DNA of 64,000 bases from assembly GCA_021613535.1 (NCBI GenBank), contig CP075492.1:1488001-1552000 (forward strand). The letters run 5' to 3'. Positions 26,808 through 38,029 of the stretch are shown here, in pieces. A program made the position numbers and the translations under genes. This DNA is from Adineta vaga. Taxonomy: Eukaryota; Animalia; Rotifera. Below the pieces are notes generated by a model. It had not been told where the DNA came from and did not search any database. It saw only the letters and a program-made list of their open reading frames with translations. The first letter of the stretch is position 1. Each line of letters starts with the position of its first letter.

Positions 26808-27494
26808 TCAAATTATTGTAGGTATGAATCTTTTAGTCTTTGATGCATATTCATTCCATTCTTTGCCAAATGCTTTTGATAACTCTTTTTCTTCATTTAT
26901 GACGCGTTTTGTGAGGAAAAATAATAATAACAAACAGCATGTCAAAAATGCGCCAGAGCCAAACATAATGTCTGTCCAGTATGTGTTCGGAAAAAAATTT
27001 CCTATTCGTCGATGAATAAGAAACATTCCAATCGTTAAAATAAAAGCAAATGTATACGATGGATGACGTACATAAGCATATGGTCCATTCTTAATTAGTT
27101 TATGAGAATTACGAATAGTTAGTTCAAAGGTAAAAAACTTTCCTAATGTTCTATAACACCAAATTCGTCCCAAACCACCGACCATCATTAAGGCGTACCC
27201 AATCATCGAGACCGGTGTAAGTGGTAGAGTATTAATAAGCGTTGAGATCTGTGGGAAAAATGTTGCGATTGAAGCCGGTGACGAAGCTTGAAGAAAGAGA
27301 TACAACGCTTGGTATAATGTAGATATCCATATGAGAAATTTACTAATATTAGGACCAATATGTACTGCAAACGTCGAACCAACACCTTCGTAAGAAACGT
27401 AATCGCTACTATAGGTGGGGTTTGGATTAGTCGTGCTCTTATGGTGTAGCAGAGTGGTAAAAATAAGTAGAAATAATTGAAGAATATTAAACAT
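26808..27494 (-). CDS. Isoprenylcysteine carboxyl methyltransferase / PEMT-family membrane methyltransferase, intronless
   Basis: RIWCYRTLGKFFTFELTIRNSHKLIKNGPYAYVRHPSYT and RVINEEKELSKAFGKEWNEYASKTKRFIP match the ICMT/Ste14 C-terminal signature. Confidence 0.9.
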   Translation of the reverse strand: MFNILQLFLLIFTTLLHHKSTTNPNPTYSSDYVSYEGVGSTFAVHIGPNISKFLIWISTLYQALYLFLQASSPASIATFFPQISTLINTLPLTPVSMIGYALMMVGGLGRIWCYRTLGKFFTFELTIRNSHKLIKNGPYAYVRHPSYTFAFILTIGMFLIHRRIGNFFPNTYWTDIMFGSGAFLTCCLLLLFFLTKRVINEEKELSKAFGKEWNEYASKTKRFIPTII

Positions 27495-28200
27495 GTCGTA
27501 AGGTATACTATGTATGTAGAATCAACATAAAAGAAGTATTTTTTCGTTATCACATATAGTCATACTTTTATTTGTACCACTCTTACAATTGAAAGAGAAG
27601 AGAATATTCAACTGTTGTTTATCTACGACATTGATGTGTTTTTTTATTTCGTTCTATGACCACGTGGGAAATATTACGTTATTTCGCACGTTTATCCTTT
27701 ATCAGTAGAAAAAAACACGTATACATAAATGTGAAGAAGAGACTGTTTGACATCGACACTCACACACTCTTCTATAGGATAAACTGTCTCTTTCGTCACT
27801 GATCGGCTTGACTCATATATGAATTTCTAGAGAAAGATAATATCATGTTGACATATACAAGAAAAGGTTTAGTAATGAAGAATTAGAAAGAAAAAAACGA
27901 GAAGTTCTGATGATTATGAAAATTTGATATAGGAGAATGCATGGTATTAGCATGAATCTGAAGCACAGAATTATCACTCTATAATATCGGTTATAATCAT
28001 GCATTTACTGATGGTCGAAAATATCTTGCATACAATTTTCACCCAAACGATTCAATATCAAACAAGAGTTCCATTTCACGATACTCATTCACTTTTCATT
28101 CGTTTGAATCGAATTTAATTCATCGTGATAGTCTATAATTATATGTTCAAGGATTCTGACGAGGCGAATAAGTATAAGGCGCAGTGACGACTATACAAAC

Positions 28201-28324
28201 AAGTAACGCTCGTCGTGTTGACTCACTATACTCTCGACTGTGTAAGGCAGGTATTTTCTGCGTGTGGCAACAATAGTGATACGAATTCATCTAGCAATTT
28301 TATACACAATGAAACGATTCAAAC
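28201..28324 (+). repeat. Dispersed ~120-bp repeat, copy 2
   Basis: Closely matches 30378-30502 and more distantly 3494-3611. Confidence 0.8.
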
Positions 28325-28466
28325 TCTCAATGGAAATTCTTAATGAATAATTTGGAGTCGAACACTATGTAAAAAGTTCTATTTCGAAAAATGATTCTTA
28401 TTTATTGTATATTGAATAAAAAGATTCTTAGCTAAAGAAAAAAGTTAGTACAAAACGATTCAGTAA

Positions 28467-28703
28467 TTATTTCTTTTCCCCATAGTTCATATGAGGTGCA
28501 CCAAACTCTTTCTCGCCTTTGGCATTAGTTGGATGTTTATGATCTTGTTGACCTTCTTTGTGGGCTTTATGAGATTCAGGTATATGTCCACCTCTATTAC
28601 TTGATCCTGGGCTGCTACTTCTAGCTTTGTTTCTGGCATCTGCCTCATTTTTGCATTGAATGTTGTGTATCATGGGTTTACCACTGGGTCCAGGTTTACT
28701 CAT
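28467..28703 (-). CDS. Small basic His-rich protein (78 aa), unknown function
   Basis: ATG in aaaaATG context and GC above the flanks. His pattern HKAH..DHKHP..PHMNY. A splice acceptor (tttattatag) lies 24 nt upstream. Confidence 0.65.
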   Translation of the reverse strand: MSKPGPSGKPMIHNIQCKNEADARNKARSSSPGSSNRGGHIPESHKAHKEGQQDHKHPTNAKGEKEFGAPHMNYGEKK

Positions 28704-28833
28704 TTTTGAATAAATTAAGTGACAAATCTATAATAAAATAAAATAAATTACTAGTTGGAAAGTATAAATGTGTACGAGATTATTATTTGCTTCGAAACAT
28801 GCACCTACCCTCTCAACGATGAAACAACTATAC

Positions 28834-29139
28834 TTACAGTTTAATATATTCAAGTTGATTGTGAGTATGTAGAAAATAACTAATCTGACTGTATTTAAAC
28901 TCAATTATGTTAGCTGGGTTTTCTCTCTCTAAACGATTACATGTATCTATGAAGTAATTGTAATATTCCATATGTATATCGCGATGGGATAGACGAACGT
29001 GTGCAAATATTTTATTGATAATTTCCAAGTAATGAAAGTATTTATCTTCCGTTATGTTCTTTTCTCCATATGATATAACGTAGAAATAGTAATCATGACA
29101 AAAACAACAAATAACTTGTGAGGAGAATAATAACAACAT
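28834..29139 (-). CDS. Hypothetical ~100-aa ORF or exon with hydrophobic leader, ending at a GTAAGT donor
   Basis: ORF 28834-29142 ends at aaact|gtaagt; no recognisable domain. Confidence 0.35.
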   Translation of the reverse strand: MLLLFSSQVICCFCHDYYFYVISYGEKNITEDKYFHYLEIINKIFAHVRLSHRDIHMEYYNYFIDTCNRLERENPANIIEFKYSQISYFLHTHNQLEYIKL

Positions 29140-29505
29140 CAACTTTCAGTGAAAGAAGGACTTCTGTGATATAGAATTTTAAATACTTTCAATGATTTAA
29201 AATGAACTTTGTATAGTAATTGTATATGAGTATTTATGAATAATGAATTGTTTCATTTGATTTCAATGTTTTTTCTATGCCTTTGTTCGATAGATTAAGA
29301 TTGAAATGCATTGATTTTTTCTCTCTTTGAGCATGAGAGTAAGACTTTTTCCTATTATCAGTTACAAACGGAAAATAGCATCGCTGTCAATGATAAAAAA
29401 GAAATATTATCCGACTAAGTAAGTTATTTTGATCTTGATGAAAATTTTCGAATTCGTATCTTATGTCAACACGTCTAATGTAACATGTTTGTAAACTTCT
29501 GAAAA

Positions 29506-29560
29506 TCTTGAGGGTGTGTGTGAAGGCGTACGTGATATCATGATACCCACAACTTCAAGA
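29506..29560. mobile_element. Mini-MITE with telomere-like termini (tcttgagggtgtg...acccacaacttcaaga)
   Basis: 55-bp element with imperfect terminal inverted repeats. Family members at ~20101, 21982, 39671, 48458, 52133, 52648 and 60176. Confidence 0.7.
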
Positions 29561-30377
29561 AATTTGACTGGCTTTATGGTGGTTTGTGATTTATCTTTAA
29601 ATGGCTCTGTCCCAATATAATTCTTCATGTTGATAAGATTCATAGATATTATAGAACATGAAGAAATATTATTCAATTAACACGACGAACAGAAATGAGA
29701 AGTATCCAAATTCAACTTCTGATTGCACATGCACCATCTGTAATTTTAATACCTCCGTGTGATAATTTTCTGATCCGAGAGATAAGAAATAATATGTATA
29801 TCCCTTTATTTCATTCAAAGAAATCGTATCTATAGTGTGTCTAGAAAGTCAATAGAGTTGGAGAAAAATTTTAATATTTTCAAGACTCTTCAACCAAATG
29901 AGTTGAATTTTTTCGGAAGATAGAGGACAGGTAGTAGTTTTATTCATGATGAAACAGGTCATTTATGCGGATGAACTCGGCACACTTCTCTTCAATACAA
30001 AGCCAGTCAGCTATGATGAGGATCTGTTTATCGTTTAAAGTAACTCTATTATATTGTGTTTTCGTGCTAAAACCGAATCAGTTGTTAAGTTTGATCGTAT
30101 TATTTCACTTTTTATTTGGTTTTGAAACATTTAGCTGATATAGAAGTATCTATATGTGTATCATTCATCTAAATCAAAACCCGCATATTCAGGGATAAAG
30201 AAAAGATGAAAAACAATGGTATAAAAGATAATCCATATGGTGATACTGCAACCTGTCCTCTACCTTCCAAAAAAAATTCAACTTATTTGGTTGACGAGTA
30301 ATGAAAATTTTAAAATTTTTTCTCCCACTCTGGTGACTTTTTGAACAATCTATATTTTGATAAAGTAATGAAAAAAA

Positions 30378-30502
30378 ATAACGCTCGTCAAGCCGACTCA
30401 CTATACTCTCGATTGTGCAAGGTAGGTATTTTCTGTGTGTACGCCAACAATAGTGACACGAATTCATCTAGTAACTTTATACACAAGGAAACGATTCAAA
30501 CT
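30378..30502 (+). repeat. Dispersed ~120-bp repeat, copy 3
   Basis: Direct repeat of 28201-28324. Confidence 0.8.
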
Positions 30503-31325
30503 TCTTTCTCACCTACACTCATTTCACTCACACCTTTTAATGTATTTAAAGAAAAAAAATATTGTTTTTGTTGATTTTGAATTCTTCTTGTTTGCCGATT
30601 AATGAGTTTCCATGTTAATTTTGCGAAGGAAATATTCGTAGGTGTCGCCTGTTGAAACATTGTCGAAGAATTTGTTTCGTTTTCGCTCGATATGTTGCTG
30701 ATGATAATGTATAAATGTAAAAATTGAGCTAAAACTCAAGAAACTATTTAAAATTTTTTCGAACAAATTCAAAATGTATCTATCTCGTTGTTTTTCTTTC
30801 AATAATATTTTAAAAGAATAGATAAAAATCTAATATTCACATAGACATGAACCTTTGACTTGTAAAGAAGAAAAAAACATCAAATAATTAATTTTTTATT
30901 TAAAAATAATCATCAATGCTCTAGGAATGTAAATCTTACGAATAAATAGTATATTTCTTAATTAAAATCCTTGATAAAAGTGTTACATATTATAACATCT
31001 AAACTGCCATGTCATCGTGTTCTGTATGTGGTTAAAACAAAACTACGTCGGAATAAATTTGAATATTCTCTGTAGCAATAAATATGACCTATGAAGATCC
31101 GATGCCTCTTTAGTAATTAAATTTTGAAAAAGAAAATCTCTCTTACAACTTACTCAAGAAAAATCTTCTCAAAGAATAATAATATCATATTGTCAGTTAT
31201 CAAAACCTTTTGAAAAATTATAAATCTCTTTTTTTGACATAAACATATATAGATGATTGCAAATGACAAGTGAAAATAATTAATTTTATATTTCTTATCA
31301 AAAAGTTAAAAAAAAATATTCTTAC

Positions 31326-32288
31326 CGTACAATAAATATAAGTTAAAATAGATGCAAATAAACTAACAAAACTTTCGATTGCCGATCGATCAGCTGTTTT
31401 CTTTTCATTAGTTACAATTAACATGTAAACAACATAAACAGCATTAGGTAAATTGAATATAATATAAATGAGAACTTGTACAAATGAAAGTCTAGTTAAT
31501 TGTTTTTCTCTTTGTCGTTCTATACTATGAATATTAGATTCTTGACTTCTACCATCTTGATTACTTATTGCATTTATTGTAGTAGTTCTCATATGTGATC
31601 CAACAGTAGTTATTTGTTTTACTGGAACAATAATATTTTTCTCTCGACGTAATCTTAATGCACGAATATGTTTCATCATTAATAAAGTAAATATTGTCAT
31701 AATAATAATAGGTATAATTGCATCAATAGATATGGTACATACAGTTGTAAATGTACTGTAAAAACCTGCTTGTCGAATACAATTCGTTCCACTACTATTA
31801 TTTTCATAACCGATCAATGTATGAATATAAAAAATTGCCCAACTTAAACAAAATATTGGTATAAACCATTTGGCTATTTTAAAAGAACTTAATTGTCTTA
31901 TTGTAACATGAATTGATGTCATTAAAACTCGATCAATAGTAATTAAACATAAAAAATAACGTCCAATTGTTAAGGATAATCCTGATATATAAGCACGACC
32001 TTTACAATACCAAGCAACATTACGAGATGGATCAGGTATATCAAGTGTTGATAATATTCTTGTTAAAAGACCAATATTAATTGAAACAAAATTAGCAATT
32101 GACATAATAAGAAAATAGATTGAACATATACTTGTACGTAATGATTCTCGAGAAAAGACAAGAATATTAAGAATATTACCAATATTTCCAAGAATAAAAA
32201 ATGGACAATAGACGTATCGAGTAAGTTGTACTCGTACATCAGCAAAGATTCCTACTAAGACAGATGTTCCATTAGTTGTCGATGTCAT
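31326..32288 (-). CDS. Class A GPCR, main exon (terminal TM7/helix-8 exon unresolved)
   Basis: LGNIGNILNILVF, CSIYFL, WYCKGRAY, ITIDR and IFNLP. Donor ACG|gtaag at 31326/31325 falls inside TM7. Confidence 0.85.
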
Positions 32289-33314
32289 TTAATTTCTCGA
32301 AAATTTTCTATTTAAAAATAAAAAGAAGAAATAGATTATTGATAAAAAAAATGTATTCTAATTATATAGGAATATTAACTTATCTTACTCTAATAATCTG
32401 TCAAGAAAAAAAGAAGAAGAAGAAGAAGAAATGTGTTGTTACATTAGAAAAATTAAAAAAAGTATTAAAGTATTAAAAGATTAAAAATCATAAAAGTACA
32501 TATATAGGATAAAAACACATTGCCTCACAGATCTGATAGTATTAGGTATTTCAAGTATTATATATTAAAACATGAGAAAAGAAAAAGAGTATAGAAGTTC
32601 TTTATTTAATTTCACATGATTTCTTTGATTTTCAATATCATCTCTCAATTCAGTTCAACTAATTAGCAATTTCTCTTCATCTGCACAGTAGGATAATGGA
32701 ATCTTAATAAAAGTTTTTCTGTCATATAGAATTTGATTAATTAAGTAGATTTACAAGCTTGATGAGCTTTGCGTAATACGTGATGAAATTAGTTAAAGTG
32801 TGAATAAATTTTTCTGTTGATTTCTCTTGACAAAAACAAATAAGAAATGGGTGTACGTAACTCATAGGTATTGTTTTAAATAAAAACAAAATGTCGATTT
32901 TTCTAATAGTCATTTTTATCCACGAGTTGATTTTGAAGAAGATTCTAAAAATATATGAATGCATATCTACATAATTACAACCTATAGCTTTACACTTCCT
33001 CTTTTTTCTCAGGAACTATTTTCGTGACGGATTCTTTTCTCTTTTTTTTGCAAAAACTCAAACATCAACAAATATAAGTCTTTAACAAATGCGAAGTAAT
33101 GATGTCAACAAGGAAAGAGGAGGAATGAGGTATTAGAATTACAACAATAATAAGTTTTTATATGTGATGAGCATCTCTGAACATTTTTTATCTAATAAAA
33201 TACAAAATATTCATCAAAAAAAGAATGATATGATATTATAGTAATACTTCAGACACTAAACAATGCGATTCAATTTCATTTGAACATATTTGAAACTTAT
33301 GTTAATCAAACTCA

Positions 33315-33931
33315 CGAGGGAACATATTTAAGTGTTCAAGCCGTTTAGATCTCATCGTTTGGCGACAGATAGACCTCAACGACACATGAAAAACCTCAAG
33401 AGGATACGTGCCCTTAGGCCTTCTGTCGAGAGTTATAGGCATTCTACTGAAATTTTTGCCTATAGCAAGGTATGTACCAACAAATCGAATGTCGGTATTT
33501 CGAGCTAAGATTTTGCCCACAGATAGATCTATAGATAGTTAGAATACCTTACAAAATTCAGCTCAAAAGAATGTTTCCTTCTCGAGATATCAAAGCCTCA
33601 GAAAACGGAAAATTCTAGCATCTTTCGTGAGACATGAATGATTTTTAGGACCTTAGTATCTCGAGAAGGAAACATTCTTCTGAGCTGAATTTTGTAGGGT
33701 ATTCTAACTATCTATAGATCTATCTGTGGGCAAAATCTTAGCTCGAAATACCGACATTCGATTTGTTGGTACATACCTTGCTATAGGCAAAAATTTCAGT
33801 AGAATGCCTATAACTCTCGACAGAAGGCCTAAGGGCACGTATCCTCTTGAGGTTTTTCATGTGTCGTTGAGGTCTATCTGTCGCCAAACGATGAGATCTA
33901 AACGGCTTGAACACTTAAATATGTTCCCTCG
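33315..33931. mobile_element. Foldback MITE, 617 bp, ~275-bp near-perfect arms, 3-bp TSD TCA
   Basis: CGAGGGAACATATTTAAG...CTTAAATATGTTCCCTCG with arms 33315-33589 and 33657-33931 (two mismatches seen). TCA at 33312-33314 and 33932-33934. Confidence 0.92.
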
Positions 33932-34410
33932 TCAATACAAATGAAATAAAATTATACATATCATCTTGTCAGATCTAATTCTGATATTAAGGATATTAGT
34001 GTCCCACCCACTACATAGTAAAATATATGACAAAATAAAAACGAATGATGATAATGATGAATATCACTTCATGGACAGAGACTTTCAAAATACTTTATAC
34101 TTATTGATTTATATACTATTCTCGTACATTATTTATTCTAAATGATACCGTACTCAACTACTACGAATAAATTTGAATATTTAATGGAAAAGCAATGTGG
34201 TTCTTGATAAATATGAAGGGTGGGAGGTTTATCTCATCTGTTGTTTTTGTTCTCATTTCCATGTTTCTATTTTGGTTAAAATCTGATATTTGCCATCTGT
34301 TTGTTAGCACACCAAATCGCCCACGAAATAAATGATAAACTGTGCTTGAATATATATAAATTAACGTAAGTATACTTATTTCAATTAAAAGTAAAAAGAA
34401 CGCAACAAGG

Positions 34411-36033
34411 ATGGTTATCATTTTATCATCAGTACAATTGTTAGTAACGATTGGTCTTCTGTTTTCGAACTTATGTCAAGGTAGTTTGGAAAATGATTTT
34501 ATTCAAAAAAGGGTAATAACATTCTGTATATACATATTGAATTATTCTCTCATCTTCGTTTCTAGGGAGCAAAGGTAACAGCAGGATTTAATTGTACTAA
34601 TGTAGCTTCATCCTCAGTGATACCTATCTAGGCAAATATTAGTTTGATTTTGATATGTTTCAATCAAATTCTTTCTTTTTTTTATTCTAGTTCATAAATT
34701 GAAACCAGCCGATATTAAACATGTTGGTGGAATGGGAGATAGTTATACAGCAGCAATAGATTCTTGGAGGTAAATGTATGAGAATTGATTTATTATTTGA
34801 AAATTCTATTTGAATATATTTAGTGTGGGAGGTGACGGTACTCTAGTTACAAGCATTACTTTACCAAGTAAGTGCGCGAATGTATCATTATTAAATTTCA
34901 TTTGATATTCAATGAATAGATATTCTCAAAATGTTCAATCCAAATGTAAATGGATTTTCATCCAAAACAGGAAAAGGATTCAATGTTGCACAAGGCGGTT
35001 CACCTTCAAAGTAATAATCATCAATAAAATAAATAGTTTATATTATTTACTATCAAATATCATATATTTCTTATTTTAGAAGTCTACTTGGACAAGCGAA
35101 AAAATTAGTATCTGAAATGAAACTAAAACTTTCGTCTGTTCAGTTTCAATCTGATTGGAAAATAGTGACAATTTTACATGGTGGTGTTGATTTATTGAAT
35201 TATCTGACTGACATAGTATATCAAGATAAACTATTCATAAGTAAATATGTGTAGTAATTATATTTTGATTCTAGAATGGATTTAGTGTCAATAATTATAT
35301 CAGTAATCTGAAAATAGCACTTGAATATTTACGAGATAATCTTCCACGAACATTGGTCAATTTGGTAACTGTTCAAAATGTTGTTGACGTTGCCAATGAT
35401 ATGATTTCTGATCCAAAATGCAAATCTGCATCAGGAACGTTAGTTTTCAATAAATATTAAATATTTTTCTGATCTTTCCTCTTCTTCTTTTTTTCGTAGA
35501 CAAGTATTTGCTGCTGTTCCAACTATTTTGAAGAACGTAGTTCGACAAGTGGCTATTAACTTTCAAACAGCATCAAAACAACTTGTTGATTCAGGAATAT
35601 TCGATACAAAACTTGATTTTACTGTTGTTTCACAAGCATTAATGGAAAAACAAGGTGTTCCAAAAGCAGTAAATTTAATTTCATTCTATCACTTTTCTTT
35701 TATTGTATTTTGTTTCATTTAGAGTGATGGAAGTATTGATGGAACATATTTCAGCAATGATTGTATTCATTACAGTAAAAAAGGACATGAAACAGCTGCT
35801 ATTGAACTTTGGAATAATATGGTAAAATAAAAATCAAATCGAAAATCAAATATTTTAGTATAACATTATATTTTTCAGATGCAAAAAGTTGGAAGTAAAA
35901 CTGATCATTGGACAATGCGTACTGAACTTCGATGTCCATCAGTAAGTTAAGTTAGATTGATGTAATATAATATATACTCAACTTGTTGTTTAAGGATGAT
36001 GGCTATATCTACACGTCAAAAAATAGTGTTTAA
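34411..36033 (+). CDS. Phospholipase B1-like SGNH/GDSL lipase, single domain, ~11 short exons (missed by the ORF track)
   Basis: Spliced motifs: VHKLKPADIKHVGGMGDSYTAA, SWSVGGDG..ITLPNILKMFNP, FNVAQGG, DWKIVTILHGGVDL, LEYLRDNLPRTLVNLV, YFSNDCIHYSKKGH..AIELWNNMMQKVG.K, LRCPS..YIYTSKNS. Signal peptide present. Exon 2 ends in TAG, so intactness is uncertain. Confidence 0.85.
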
Positions 36034-36133
36034 TATATTTATAATATTTGACCATATTTTTAGTATGGTTTGAAATACATATATTTGCTTAATTGAAAAT
36101 AAATGATTTTCATTTGTCTTATCAGTTAGCAGA

Positions 36134-36275
36134 TGGAATAAGTAGACGTTGTAGGGTTATTGAAAAATTAGAATTACTTAGAAACGAAATGAAACGTTTC
36201 AGATACGATATAATTGGTATTTTTGAACTACGATAGACAGGAAAAGGCGAAATACTGAATAGAGATTATATCTGA
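36134..36275 (+). mobile_element. Non-LTR retrotransposon (RTE/L2-like) AP-endonuclease fragment
   Basis: KLELLRNEMKRFRYDIIGIFELR*TGKGE matches the LINE APE motif DI.GISE.RWTG.G. Confidence 0.7.
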
Positions 36276-36610
36276 GAGTGTGGGTGAAATTTCATTACGA
36301 TCGAATAAACGACTAGACGGATACACAGAACGATTCTATGATATTCGAAATGATCTCATGTACAATTTACTTATCACGTTATGAGAGCGAACAAAAGAAC
36401 AAATACTAGTCTATAGAGTTTCTATAGAATAAACCAATAATAAGTGGCTGATGCAATGTATGTAAATCTAATAATACTGCAACATTTTCTTCGAAAATGT
36501 ATGACATCAAATTTTCTCCAGATGACATCAGCCATTCATATTTCATAGGTATAAAAAGGTAAGAGACATGAAACAGTAGGCATATTATTCATTTCAAAGG
36601 AAGTAATATT

Positions 36611-37816
36611 ATGTCTGAAGGATTACATTTCAACGATCGTTACTGTACTATTCTTGATGAAATCAAACAATTTAGTGAACAAGAAGAAGAACCATCAAAA
36701 TGTATGTCTTTCGATGGATTAAATCCCAAAGAACGCGCAAAAATCTATGGAATCTTCGAAACAACGTATCATCGATTTCTTCAATTCGAAAAGCAATGTA
36801 CATTTGATAATAATCAGAAACAAACTGTTTTGATCGTCAGAAAAATAGCACCTGAAAAACAATTAGAGCCGACATCAGTGACAGTAACTGATACTATTGT
36901 TCATGAATTTCGTAAATACACAAAATTATCATTACCATTAACGAAACATGAATTTATCGATTATTATCTTGATTGCTTAGATCCGTATACGAATTGTCGA
37001 ATTCTATTTTCTCAATTTATTGAAGATATTCAAAGATATGAAAATATATCTCGATTAAAAAGTTGTATTGAACAATTATTGAATAATATAATATCCTACT
37101 TAAATAATCATCCTTCAACACAAACATTTAAAAATAACATCTACGAAGAAGAAATGAAACTTCTCAAATCGAGTCCTTATAAATCCAAAGGTGAACTTTA
37201 TAAGAAAGAAAATGCATCTAAATTATTTATTTCAATTGATATCATCAAAGCTACATACAATATTGTTAAAAATTATCATCCAGAAATTTTCAATCATTTA
37301 TCAACATGGGAAGAATTTGTATTTTCCTTCTGTAGTGAAAAACCAATTCATACAATCGCAATTTCCAAACCTGTCCGAGAACGTACTCTTGGATGTGCAA
37401 AATTTGGCAAGAAAATAAGTTCTCTAGCAGAATATTTTATTCATAAAGTTTTACATGAAATGCAAATCAATCCAAACGATATTGTGAATATTACTACAGA
37501 CGAAGCTATTCTTTCATATGATTCAACAATATTTCATCGAATGTTTAACGATTATCATAAGTCGTTTTTTAAAGTTCAAGCATTTCGATTAGTCAAATTA
37601 CCAAAATATGATTATTTTGTTAAAGAATATTTTCATCCAATTCAAGGACAAGATTCTGAATCAATTGAAATTATTAATCGTGAATTGAGATGTATTCCAA
37701 TGATATTCATTATGCAATGTATTAAACAATATGAAGATAAACCAATTCTTGAAATTGATCGGAAATTTGCTGTCGAATCGGGTCATATAGCAACTCTCGA
37801 TGAACCGATTTTTTAA
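36611..37816 (+). CDS. 401-aa intronless protein: R3H-like N-terminus plus polymerase-palm-like domain
   Basis: Long clean ORF with a TATA box (tataaaaa) at ~36550. FDGLNPKERAKIY resembles R3H. LFISIDIIKATY and VNITTDEAIL resemble polymerase motifs A and C. Function inferred. Confidence 0.75.
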   Translation: MSEGLHFNDRYCTILDEIKQFSEQEEEPSKCMSFDGLNPKERAKIYGIFETTYHRFLQFEKQCTFDNNQKQTVLIVRKIAPEKQLEPTSVTVTDTIVHEFRKYTKLSLPLTKHEFIDYYLDCLDPYTNCRILFSQFIEDIQRYENISRLKSCIEQLLNNIISYLNNHPSTQTFKNNIYEEEMKLLKSSPYKSKGELYKKENASKLFISIDIIKATYNIVKNYHPEIFNHLSTWEEFVFSFCSEKPIHTIAISKPVRERTLGCAKFGKKISSLAEYFIHKVLHEMQINPNDIVNITTDEAILSYDSTIFHRMFNDYHKSFFKVQAFRLVKLPKYDYFVKEYFHPIQGQDSESIEIINRELRCIPMIFIMQCIKQYEDKPILEIDRKFAVESGHIATLDEPIF

Positions 37817-38029
37817 TCTCTATAAATACGTAAGGATATGGGTGGGGTGTATTTACAAATGAATCACACCGAGAGACATACGCGTTCATCCTCTGTTTTT
37901 TTAACATTTTCGAATATGAAAGTTAATTTATTAAATAAAACGAAATTTACATTTTTGAATAAATAATGATGAAATTTCAAATTATCTTGTCCTCATTAAT
38001 TACATAGAAATAATAACAAATAATTGTAT

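Noticed and set aside
27870-28020. Short protein-like remnant (LYNIGYNHAFTDGR)
   Set aside because: Too short and interrupted to assign.
33302-33944. Two near-identical 72-aa ORFs on opposite strands
   Set aside because: They are mirror images produced by the foldback arms, start at GTG, and have no protein features.
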